From sequence record PP328843.1: a stretch of 64,000 nt of DNA; one strand, given 5' to 3'. This stretch comes from Escherichia phage 215Ecol030PP. Position 1 is the stretch's first letter. Every line of letters begins with the position of its first letter. The notes beneath the pieces were generated by a model. That model was not told the DNA's origin and searched no databases. It worked only from the letters and a program-made list of their open reading frames with translations. The translations under genes and the position numbers were made by a program. Shown in pieces: positions 7,729 through 16,923 of the stretch.

Positions 7729-8214
7729 TTATTTTATGTAATATTTATTTAAAAACTTTCTAGCTTGAGTATGGCTAACATTTATAGCGTTTGCATAATT
7801 TTTAATAAAACCTCGTTCATCCATATTAAAATTTTCTAATATTTTTAATCGTCTAGTTATCTCATCTTGACTTAAGGTACTTGCATTATTTTTAGAAATT
7901 TTTTCTAAGGACTGTGCCGAGTGTTTTCGACCATTAAAATTAAAATTTTTAGATTTTGGAGGAAATCTAGCATTTAATCTCGCATCTTTTGTATTTTGAT
8001 TATTAGTTGCGCAATATATGTTATTTAATGAATATGGTCCTTTATCGCCGAAACGGCACATGCAGTATTCATGACCCTTTCTTCCACGCTTATCATAATT
8101 TCCCGTTGATTTCCACCAATGCAGCCATTCATCAAAAGTTAAATTCCATTCAATGTTTCTACGTATAGCAGAATTCCGCTGAGAAATATATTTTGCATAA
8201 TCTTCTTTCATCAC
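7729..8214 (-). CDS. putative HNH-family homing endonuclease embedded in the tRNA cluster (161 aa, GTG start)
   Basis: motif GHEYCMCRFGDKGPYSLNNIYCATNNQN resembles HNH core; basic C-terminal DNA-binding-like tail. Confidence 0.5.
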   Translation of the reverse strand: MMKEDYAKYISQRNSAIRRNIEWNLTFDEWLHWWKSTGNYDKRGRKGHEYCMCRFGDKGPYSLNNIYCATNNQNTKDARLNARFPPKSKNFNFNGRKHSAQSLEKISKNNASTLSQDEITRRLKILENFNMDERGFIKNYANAINVSHTQARKFLNKYYIK

Positions 8215-8258
8215 AAATTTCTCTACTTATTCAATACACTGAGCTAAATCAGCAAAAC

Positions 8259-8348
8259 TGGCGGAGGCGATAGGATTTGAACCTATGAGTCGCCGGAGCG
8301 ACTGCCGGTTTTCAAGACCGGTGCATTAAACCACTCTGCCACGCCTCC
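8259..8348 (-). tRNA. tRNA-Ser (anticodon TGA), type II, CCA encoded
   Basis: acceptor GGAGGCG/CGCCTCC; anticodon stem CCGGT/ACCGG, loop CTTGAAA; long variable arm. Confidence 0.8.
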
Positions 8349-8350
8349 AG

Positions 8351-8424
8351 TCTCCGCGGCAGGATTTGAACCTACGACATTCTGCTCCCAAAGCAGACGC
8401 TCTACCAAACTGAGCTACACGGAG
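8351..8424 (-). tRNA. tRNA-Pro (anticodon TGG), CCA not encoded; 2 nt from tRNA-Ser (dimeric precursor geometry)
   Basis: D stem GCTC/GAGC; anticodon stem TCTGC/GCAGA, loop TTTGGGA. Confidence 0.8.
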
Positions 8425-8434
8425 TAAATTAAAT

Positions 8435-8508
<74 letters not shown>

Positions 8509-8513
8509 AAATT

Positions 8514-8600
8514 TGGTGCGAGAAGTGGGACTCGAACCCACAAGGAAATCATTCCGCAGCATTTTAAGTGCTGTGCCTTTACCAATTTGGCCATTCTCGC
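8514..8600 (-). tRNA. tRNA-Leu (anticodon TAA), type II, CCA encoded
   Basis: acceptor GCGAGAA/TTCTCGC; anticodon stem CAGCA/TGCTG, loop CTTAAAA. Confidence 0.8.
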
Positions 8601-8601
8601 G

Positions 8602-8674
8602 CTGGGAATAAAGGACTCGAACCTTTGCATCCTGGAATCAAAATCCAGTGCCTTACCAACTTGGCTAATTCCCA
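8602..8674 (-). tRNA. tRNA-Gln (anticodon TTG), CCA not encoded; 1 nt from tRNA-Leu (dimeric precursor geometry)
   Basis: acceptor TGGGAAT/ATTCCCA; anticodon stem CTGGA/TCCAG, loop TTTTGAT. Confidence 0.8.
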
Positions 8675-8771
8675 ATTATTAACAAAGGCTCTTAAGCAAG
8701 AACCCTTGATGATAGAGGGTATTAATCAGTGCGATATGAGTTAATAATAACAAATAATTCTTAAAGCATAT

Positions 8772-9059
8772 TTACCATTTATAATAATACATATTTACGA
8801 TGCATTCAAGACCCAAAGGATTCTTGAAAATATCATATTCAAGAGGACCTTTTTCTGTTTCAATAAAGAAATCAAAATTTACTGTATTAAATTTACGTTC
8901 TTCCTTCACTAATTTAACTTGAGAAGATGAACGGTCAATGTAAACCTTTTCAACTTCAAAACATGTTAAAATGCCATAATCATCAATCAAAGCTTTAGCC
9001 GCGTCTTGATCATATTTATATCCATTTTCAACGGACGATACTTTCGCATAAAGAATCAT
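8772..9059 (-). CDS. hypothetical protein (95 aa)
   Basis: ORF track. Confidence 0.5.
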   Translation of the reverse strand: MILYAKVSSVENGYKYDQDAAKALIDDYGILTCFEVEKVYIDRSSSQVKLVKEERKFNTVNFDFFIETEKGPLEYDIFKNPLGLECIVNMYYYKW

Positions 9060-9061
9060 TA

Positions 9062-9460
9062 TCAGCCTTCATCAACAATAGTGTGAGTATTAGCATTTAC
9101 GATTTGCCACCAATCAAAGCGATTAGAATCCATCGGTTTGTTTTCATTTTCTTTGATAATGTCACGGAGTTCATCTTCAGAGAATGCTTTAGCAATTAAA
9201 TCGGTATACCCACCACGGGGATAATAATTATCACCTGCAAACAAAAGGAAATTTACCTTCCCGGAAGCAACATATGCTTCCTTAGGATACTTGTTTCCTG
9301 CGTGGTCAACCACTTCAATATAACGGTAAGGAATATCGGTTCTTTCAACCCATTGCCATGCCGCCGCAGGGGAATCGAAAGCATCTACACCTAAACGATT
9401 ATCTTCATCTTTAGACGGATTATTTTCGTAATCCGCATATACATAATATTCAACGTTCAT
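9062..9460 (-). CDS. hypothetical protein (132 aa)
   Basis: ORF track. Confidence 0.5.
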   Translation of the reverse strand: MNVEYYVYADYENNPSKDEDNRLGVDAFDSPAAAWQWVERTDIPYRYIEVVDHAGNKYPKEAYVASGKVNFLLFAGDNYYPRGGYTDLIAKAFSEDELRDIIKENENKPMDSNRFDWWQIVNANTHTIVDEG

Positions 9461-9648
9461 TATTCACCTTTAGAAATTTTATCCATAACAATAGCAATTA
9501 AACCAATTAAAAATGCTACTACAAGTGAAAAAACATTTTCTGCCGTAGTCAATAATCCGCATATAAATCCAACAAACATTGAAAAACTGAAAGCGGAAGC
9601 AGAAATTGCAATAGCAACATTTCGAATTAATTCACAACGTTTCATTTT
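9460..9648 (-). CDS. small membrane protein (62 aa from MKRCEL, 2 hydrophobic segments)
   Basis: ORF track 9460..9786 trimmed to Met with SD GAGGAG; upstream part is the promoter element. Confidence 0.5.
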   Translation of the reverse strand, partial: KMKRCELIRNVAIAISASAFSFSMFVGFICGLLTTAENVFSLVVAFLIGLIAIVMDKISKGE

Positions 9649-9673
9649 ATTCTCCTCAGTAGTAGATAGGGTA

Positions 9674-9703
9674 ATAGTATCACTACCCCATCTAAAAGTA
9701 AAC
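9674..9703 (-). promoter_or_regulatory. early-promoter-like element GTTTAC-N18-TACTAT, copy C
   Basis: repeated element with overlapping inverted repeat. Confidence 0.45.
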
Positions 9704-9937
9704 TTATTTTTTACGAAAAATTGATTTATTTTCTGCTGCCCATTTTTCAATAACTGCAGCAGGACCAGTAACAACAATTTTATCACCGTAATCTTCTGCG
9801 GCGAGTTGACCGAAATTATCTAATGCATCACGAAGAACTCCATGAGGCATTTCACCCATTTTATCTTTCTTGCCAGTGTAAATAAACTCAACTTTTACAT
9901 CAGCAGTTTCAGCAATAAATTCTTGGTAAGTTTTCAT
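9704..9937 (-). CDS. internal protein with canonical capsid targeting sequence MKTYQEFIAE (77 aa)
   Basis: N-terminus identical to T4 IP-type CTS; own promoter element upstream. Confidence 0.7.
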   Translation of the reverse strand: MKTYQEFIAETADVKVEFIYTGKKDKMGEMPHGVLRDALDNFGQLAAEDYGDKIVVTGPAAVIEKWAAENKSIFRKK

Positions 9938-9971
9938 TTTGATTTCCATTTGGTTTTGTTTTGATAGGGTA

Positions 9972-10001
9972 ATAGTATCACAACTAAAACCCTATGTAAA
10001 C
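9972..10001 (-). promoter_or_regulatory. early-promoter-like element GTTTAC-N18-TACTAT, copy B
   Basis: repeated element with overlapping inverted repeat. Confidence 0.45.
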
Positions 10002-10013
10002 AACTTTGTGAAA

Positions 10014-10271
10014 TTATTTTAAATCTTCTAATCGTTTCTTCATCTTAGAGCCATTTTTAGCAATTTCTCCTGCATCGGAGCATAATGCTAAAAGTGCTTT
10101 AACTTTAGTTTGGTCTCCTTTAAAAGATGAAGGATCGACCGCAGCAGCAAGTTCTTTAATACGAGAGAAAAGACGCTCAGCTTCAGCTAAAGCCATTCCA
10201 AGCTTTACTTCCATACCGTGGGAAGATTCAGTGATAGTAGTTTTTGTAGCAAACTCTTTGAAAGTTTTCAT
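10014..10271 (-). CDS. internal-protein-like protein, CTS-like N-terminus MKTFKEFATKTTITE (85 aa)
   Basis: ORF track; SD AGGAAA; own promoter element upstream. Confidence 0.6.
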   Translation of the reverse strand: MKTFKEFATKTTITESSHGMEVKLGMALAEAERLFSRIKELAAAVDPSSFKGDQTKVKALLALCSDAGEIAKNGSKMKKRLEDLK

Positions 10272-10302
10272 TTTTATTTTCCTAATTAATTTTGATGAGG
10301 TA

Positions 10303-10332
10303 ATAGTATCACTACCTCATCAGTATGTAAAC
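10303..10332 (-). promoter_or_regulatory. early-promoter-like element GTTTAC-N18-TACTAT, copy A
   Basis: repeated element with overlapping inverted repeat GATGAGGTA/TACCTCATC. Confidence 0.45.
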
Positions 10333-10344
10333 AACTTTGTGAAA

Positions 10345-11029
<685 letters not shown>

Positions 11030-11030
<1 letters not shown>

Positions 11031-11743
11031 TATAGTACCTTTAGTGTATTTTTAATTTTAGAAAAAAGTTCTTCAAGAGAACCATCGTTTGTAATTACTA
11101 AATCGCCATCACGAATTGGCAATCCAGCTTCTGTAATATGAGTATCATTGGATTTTTGACCAGAACGAACTACATGAATTACTGTAGCACCCATCGCCCT
11201 AGCCGCATCCATTTCATGATCTTGACGAGTATCAGGAACGATATAATAATCATAACCTGAGTTAAATTTATCAAGATAATCTAAAGCAAATAATTTTACC
11301 CAATACATGCGGTCGAAGTTATTAACAATCAAATCCGTACCTAGGGCTTGCATCAGACGACGGACTGACCATTGATCTTCAATATTATTTATAACGTCAG
11401 TAATCTTATTAAATGCTACGAAATTAACTGCGTCATCAAAAACAAACACACCCTTAATTGGGCTTTTACCGTTAAGATAGCAAAATGCTTGTTCCATAAT
11501 CGTGATTACTTCTGATTTAGTCAGATTTAAATTAGTCTCACGATCATAGTCAATTCCTTCAAACTCTTTACGAGTTAAGCAAGGATAGTCAGTGTTTGCT
11601 GCAAATACTCCCCATGCATAAGCCAATGCATCCTTAATAGGACCAGCAAGTTGGTATTTAACTGCAGAATAATTGCTCATGATAAAATCAGCAGTAGTAT
11701 CTTTTCCACTACGCTTTACGCCGCTTAAAAAGATTAGTTTCAT
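11030..11743 (-). CDS. 1: deoxynucleoside monophosphate kinase gp1 (241 aa from MKLIFLSG)
   Basis: near-identity to T4 gp1; Walker A GVKRSGKDT. Confidence 0.93.
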
Positions 11744-11792
11744 ATGTTTCTCCTCAAATTTAATTAAGATTATAACACACAAAACTGAAGCA

Positions 11793-12323
11793 TTAAACTT
11801 CTGCTATAATTTTACCATCTTTTTCTACTTGAAAATAGGTGTAAGGAATCGTAGCTGTACATACTAAAGCCGGGTCTGAATCTTCTGTGTAGCTAAATTC
11901 TACTTCAGATAGGTCAGAAACCCAAGGCTTATAAAAATTTATTGACATCACGATTTCAGTTTTGCTATTATCTAAGATGTAAAGCGTAATGTACTCAGGA
12001 CCTGTTTTTTGGGCAGTATTTTCACCTGTAAGATAGTTGCTAGTTCCTAGCATCCATTCATACATTCCTATCCATGACTTAAGTTCTTCATCAACTATAA
12101 ATCTCACAATGAGTGGATCATACTCAAATGTAACACCTGGACGTTGTGCTCGGCCCAGTCCAAACGGCCCAGTCACGGTATCAGTAACAGGTATTCTAAT
12201 TCCTGGAATAGGAACTGACTGAGCATTTAAAGTAAAAGCAGATGTAGTATTACTATGTGGTATTGATACTACAAAGTTAGTTGTATTTGCTTGGTTAAAA
12301 ATTTGTTGCAGAGCTTGCGACAT
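11793..12323 (-). CDS. 3: tail completion/sheath stabiliser gp3 (176 aa from MSQALQ, SD GAGGAA)
   Basis: matches T4 gp3; synteny. Confidence 0.9.
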   Translation of the reverse strand: MSQALQQIFNQANTTNFVVSIPHSNTTSAFTLNAQSVPIPGIRIPVTDTVTGPFGLGRAQRPGVTFEYDPLIVRFIVDEELKSWIGMYEWMLGTSNYLTGENTAQKTGPEYITLYILDNSKTEIVMSINFYKPWVSDLSEVEFSYTEDSDPALVCTATIPYTYFQVEKDGKIIAEV

Positions 12324-12429
12324 ATATTCCTCATAATGCTTTATAATTGTTGGTGGTATAATGGGTCTAAGTCCCTTCCATTCAATTCCATTTAGAACAA
12401 ACAACAGAAAAGAATGGAAGATAATAGAA

Positions 12430-13254
12430 TTAGATATTTGACCAGACTTTGTTTGCAGAGAAACGTTTTCCTTTGGAGTAGAAGCTTTGGAGTGGCATCA
12501 ACACAACGTTCGCCCAGTCTTTCGGGGCGATTTCAACAAGGCTACCCATAATATTACCAGGTATATATGCCTTAATCATTTGGTCTGCACCCCTAAATCC
12601 TTTCACTTGACTCCAATCAATTTTTAATTTCGTTTTATTAGTAATAGTAGGTGTATTTGCATATTGCTTTAAAAGCTCTTCTAGAAACTGTTGACGAGCT
12701 TTAGGTGGAATATAGTGCAAGTTTAATCCGTACATTAAATTATGCTTACCTAAACCAAGGTAAATTATCAAAGGAAATTTATCCCAGTAAGGAAGAGTTT
12801 CCTTGTGTTTAGCGTCATAAACAAAAGCATATATTCGTCCCGGCTGCGGGCGAACAACTTTATGTCCTTTTACTTGCTTAATAGTTTCAGCAAACCACTT
12901 TCTGGTTTTATTATTAATTGCTGCGCCTTCATTACGAATTTTATCACGCAATGTTTGCCTGAATGAATTTATCATAAGCAGTTGTCTTTCTTGCTTATTG
13001 AGTTTATTCATTGGTTTTGATTCAAGTTTTTGAATCTTTTCAGCTGTTTTAATTCCTGAAGCATATTTTGACATTGCTGAAGTAAACGTAGAGTATTTAA
13101 TTCCTCTTTCTTCAGCAAATTGCTTTCCTGTCATTCCTTTTGCTTTGGCCTTTTTATATTCAAGACCTATCTGAATCCATTTCTTTTCGTTTAATGATTG
13201 CTTAACCTTTGGAACTTGGGGAGTGCTTTCATTAATTATTTGAAAAATAGCCAT
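12430..13254 (-). CDS. 2: DNA end protector gp2 (274 aa)
   Basis: length and synteny with T4 gp2. Confidence 0.88.
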   Translation of the reverse strand: MAIFQIINESTPQVPKVKQSLNEKKWIQIGLEYKKAKAKGMTGKQFAEERGIKYSTFTSAMSKYASGIKTAEKIQKLESKPMNKLNKQERQLLMINSFRQTLRDKIRNEGAAINNKTRKWFAETIKQVKGHKVVRPQPGRIYAFVYDAKHKETLPYWDKFPLIIYLGLGKHNLMYGLNLHYIPPKARQQFLEELLKQYANTPTITNKTKLKIDWSQVKGFRGADQMIKAYIPGNIMGSLVEIAPKDWANVVLMPLQSFYSKGKRFSANKVWSNI

Positions 13255-13706
13255 TATGCCCCCTTAAAGCCAAGAGCTCGTAATCCATCTTCTGTTAAAA
13301 TTCTAAATTTTATTCCACGCTTTTCAGCTAAAGCTTGCGCTGCTTTCCATTTGTCAGTATTAACGGAATATGTATAAATTTCATTCATAAATCTTTTCTT
13401 CGCTGCGGTTGTTAGATGTGCTGGTTTAACTGGTGGTTGTGTTTCTTTTTTAGGTTTTATTTCAATAAAAAATTCTTGTCCAGAAGAATCTTTCATCCAA
13501 ATATCCATGAAGTATCTACGTTTTTTCCCTTCTGCATTACAAAAATAAGGAATTACTGCTGTTTCACTACCCCATGCAATAATTTCTGGATTTTTATCTA
13601 ACCATTCAAAAAAGAATTTTTCCCAATTTGATCTATACGTAATTTTTTTAGGGTCACCTCTATACTTTGATATATTTTTAGGAACCCATTTTCCAGAATA
13701 TGCCAT
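13254..13706 (-). CDS. 4: head completion protein gp4 (150 aa)
   Basis: length and synteny; divergent late promoters shared with gene 53. Confidence 0.88.
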   Translation of the reverse strand: MAYSGKWVPKNISKYRGDPKKITYRSNWEKFFFEWLDKNPEIIAWGSETAVIPYFCNAEGKKRRYFMDIWMKDSSGQEFFIEIKPKKETQPPVKPAHLTTAAKKRFMNEIYTYSVNTDKWKAAQALAEKRGIKFRILTEDGLRALGFKGA

Positions 13707-13717
13707 TGGATTCTCCT

Positions 13718-13725
13718 TATAAATA
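13718..13725 (+). promoter_or_regulatory. T4-type late promoter TATAAATA for gene 53
   Basis: exact TATAAATA ~29 nt upstream of ATG. Confidence 0.6.
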
Positions 13726-13732
13726 GATAATA

Positions 13733-13740
13733 TATTTATA
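13733..13740 (-). promoter_or_regulatory. T4-type late promoter TATAAATA for gene 4 (divergent from gene 53 promoter)
   Basis: exact motif on minus strand upstream of gene 4 start. Confidence 0.6.
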
Positions 13741-13753
13741 AACAGGAGGGCCC

Positions 13754-14344
13754 ATGCTCTTTACATTTTTTGACCCGATTGAATATGCGGCCAAAACGGT
13801 TAATAAAAACGCGCCGACTATTCCTATGACAGATATTTTTAGAAACTATAAAGACTATTTCAAACGTGCTCTTGCGGGATACCGCTTACGTACTTATTAT
13901 ATTAAAGGTTCACCCCGCCCGGAAGAATTAGCAAATACTATATATGGAAATCCACAGCTGTATTGGGTTTTATTGATGTGTAATGATAATTATGATCCAT
14001 ATTATGGATGGATTACTTCACAAGAAGCTGCTTATCAAGCATCTATACAAAAATACAAAAATGTAGGTGGAGACCAGATAGTATATCATGTGAATGAGAA
14101 CGGTGAAAAATTTTATAATTTAGTATCATACGATGATAATCCATATGTTTGGTATGACAAAGGCGATAAAGCTAGAAAATATCCTCAATATGAAGGAGCA
14201 CTTGCTGCGGTAGATACGTATGAAGATGCTGTTCTTGAAAATGAAAAACTTCGTCAAATAAAAATAATAGCAAAATCAGACATCAATTCATTTATGAACG
14301 ACCTTATACGTATAATGGAGAAATCTTATGGAAATGATAAGTAA
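13754..14344 (+). CDS. 53: baseplate wedge protein gp53 (196 aa)
   Basis: length/synteny; late promoter upstream. Confidence 0.9.
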   Translation: MLFTFFDPIEYAAKTVNKNAPTIPMTDIFRNYKDYFKRALAGYRLRTYYIKGSPRPEELANTIYGNPQLYWVLLMCNDNYDPYYGWITSQEAAYQASIQKYKNVGGDQIVYHVNENGEKFYNLVSYDDNPYVWYDKGDKARKYPQYEGALAAVDTYEDAVLENEKLRQIKIIAKSDINSFMNDLIRIMEKSYGNDK

Positions 14345-16058
14345 TAACCTTAATTGGTTTGTTGGTGTTGTTGAAGATAGAATGGACCCATTAAAATTAG
14401 GTCGTGTTCGTGTTCGTGTGGTTGGTCTGCATCCACCTCAAAGAGCACAAGGCGATGTAATGGGTATTCCAACTGAAAAATTACCATGGATGTCAGTTAT
14501 TCAACCTATAACTTCTGCAGCAATGTCTGGAATTGGAGGTTCTGTTACTGGACCGGTAGAAGGAACTAGAGTTTATGGTCATTTTTTAGACAAATGGAAA
14601 ACTAACGGAATTGTCCTTGGCACGTATGGTGGAATAGTTCGCGAAAAACCGAATAGACTTGAAGGATTTTCTGACCCGACTGGGCAATATCCTAGACGTT
14701 TAGGAAATGATACTAACGTACTAAACCAAGGCGGAGAAGTAGGATATGATTCGTCTTCTAACATTATCCAAGATAGTAACTTAGACACTGCAATAAATCC
14801 CGATGATAGACCACTATCAGAGATTCCAACCGATGATAATCCAAATATGTCAATGGCTGACATGCTTCGCCGTGATGAAGGATTAAGACTAAAAGTTTAT
14901 TGGGATACCGAAGGATATCCGACAATTGGTATTGGTCATCTTATCATGAAGCAGCCAGTTCGTGATATGACCCAAATTAATAAAGTTTTATCAAAACAAG
15001 TTGGTCGTGAAATTACCGGAAATCCAGGTTCTATTACAATGGAAGAAGCGGTAACTTTATTTGAACGCGATTTGGCTGATATGCAACGTGACATTAAATC
15101 ACATTCTAAAGTTGGCCCAGTTTGGAAAGCAGTTAATCGTTCTCGTCAAATGGCGTTAGAAAATATGGCATTTCAGATGGGTGTTGGTGGTGTAGCTAAA
15201 TTTAACACAATGTTAACTGCTATGTTAGCCGGAGATTGGGAAAAAGCATATAAAGCCGGTCGTGATTCATTGTGGTATCAACAAACAAAAGGCCGTGCAT
15301 CCCGTGTTACCATGATTATTCTTACGGGGAATTTGGAATCATATGGTGTTGAAGTGAAAACTCCAGCTAGGTCTTTATCGGCAATGGCTGCTACTGTAGC
15401 GAAGTCTTCTGACCCGGCTGACCCTCCTATTCCAAATGACTCGAGAATTTTATTCAAAGAACCAGTTTCTTCATATAAAGGCGAATATCCTTATGTGCAT
15501 ACAATGGAAACTGAAAGTGGACATATTCAGGAATTTGATGATACCCCTGGGCAAGAACGATACAGATTAGTTCATCCGACTGGAACTTATGAAGAAGTAT
15601 CACCATCAGGAAGAAGAACAAGAAAAACTGTTGATAATTTGTATGATATAACCAACGCTGATGGTAATTTTTTGGTAGCCGGCGATAAAAAGACTAACGT
15701 CGGTGGATCAGAAATTTATTACAACATGGATAATCGTCTTCACCAGATAGATGGAAGTAATACAATATTTGTACGTGGCGATGAAACTAAGACAGTTGAA
15801 GGTAATGGAACTATCTTAGTTAAAGGTAATGTTACTATTGTAGTTGAAGGTAATGCTGACATTACAGTTAAAGGAGATGCTACCACTTTAGTTGAAGGAA
15901 ATCAAACTAACACAGTAAATGGAAATCTTTCTTGGAAAGTTGCTGGGACAGTTGATTGGGACGTTGGTGGTGATTGGACAGAAAAAATGGCATCTATGAG
16001 TTCTATTTCATCTGGTCAATACACAATTGATGGTAGCCGTATAGACGTAGGTTTATAA
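14328..16058 (+). CDS. 5: baseplate hub and tail lysozyme gp5 (576 aa)
   Basis: OB-fold N-terminus, central lysozyme domain (DEGLRLKVYWDTEGYPTIGIGH), C-terminal VxGxxxxx beta-helix repeats. Confidence 0.95.
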   Translation: MEMISNNLNWFVGVVEDRMDPLKLGRVRVRVVGLHPPQRAQGDVMGIPTEKLPWMSVIQPITSAAMSGIGGSVTGPVEGTRVYGHFLDKWKTNGIVLGTYGGIVREKPNRLEGFSDPTGQYPRRLGNDTNVLNQGGEVGYDSSSNIIQDSNLDTAINPDDRPLSEIPTDDNPNMSMADMLRRDEGLRLKVYWDTEGYPTIGIGHLIMKQPVRDMTQINKVLSKQVGREITGNPGSITMEEAVTLFERDLADMQRDIKSHSKVGPVWKAVNRSRQMALENMAFQMGVGGVAKFNTMLTAMLAGDWEKAYKAGRDSLWYQQTKGRASRVTMIILTGNLESYGVEVKTPARSLSAMAATVAKSSDPADPPIPNDSRILFKEPVSSYKGEYPYVHTMETESGHIQEFDDTPGQERYRLVHPTGTYEEVSPSGRRTRKTVDNLYDITNADGNFLVAGDKKTNVGGSEIYYNMDNRLHQIDGSNTIFVRGDETKTVEGNGTILVKGNVTIVVEGNADITVKGDATTLVEGNQTNTVNGNLSWKVAGTVDWDVGGDWTEKMASMSSISSGQYTIDGSRIDVGL

Positions 16059-16084
16059 ATTTACATCATTAGAGAATTCAACAA

Positions 16085-16621
16085 TTGGCTAATATACTTC
16101 CAATGAGCGCTGATTTAGGAGAATCCATGGAAGGTTCTTCTATCGACGTCACCTTTACCGCTCAATTAGAAACAGGTGAAACGTTAGTATCTATAAATAT
16201 AACTAGTTACGAAGAAACTCCTGGGGTTTTAGTAGAAGAAAATCGCTTATACGGAACATATGAATCTGTGTTTGGATTTGGAAATGACGCGTTGAAATAT
16301 CGTTTAGGCGATGAATTTAAAACTGCTGCTTCATGGGAAGAACTTCCTACTGATTCTGATACTCAGTTGTATTTATGGAAAGCTCCTCAAAACCTCCAGA
16401 AGACATTCACTTACGAAGTAACATTAATATATGACTACCAAGAACAAAGTGAATCTGGAGGTTCTGGCAGTAATTCTAGGTCATCTTCTGATACTACTGA
16501 ACCGACAGATCCTCCTGCTCCAGTAAGAAAAACTCTCGTTAAAAATTATACTAAAACTATAGTTGGAAATTGGAGTCGTTGGGCTAATAAATTAAGAAGC
16601 TATGTGTATGAGAGGTCATAG
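16085..16621 (+). CDS. 5.1: gp5.1-like protein (178 aa)
   Basis: position after gene 5. Confidence 0.7.
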
Positions 16622-16915
16622 ATGTCAGGATTAAGTTATGATAAATGTGTTACTGCTGGTCATGAAGCATGGCCTCCAACAGTTGTGAATGCTACACAAA
16701 GTAAAGTATTCACTGGAGGAATTGCTGTTCTCGTAGCAGGTGATCCAATTACAGAACATACAGAAATTAAAAAGCCATATGAAACACATGGCGGAGTGAC
16801 ACAACCCAGAACTTCTAAGGTATATGTCACTGGAAAGAAAGCTGTTCAAATGGCTGATCCAATATCATGCGGTGATACTGTGGCTCAGGCATCATCTAAA
16901 GTATTCATTAAATAG
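16622..16915 (+). CDS. 5.4: PAAR-repeat spike tip protein gp5.4 (97 aa)
   Basis: length and position; PAAR-like G/A/P-rich repeats. Confidence 0.85.
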
Positions 16916-16923
16916 GATTTAAA

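Noticed and set aside
14579-14863. Minus-strand ORF inside gene 5
   Set aside because: Antisense to a well-supported structural gene; no independent signals.
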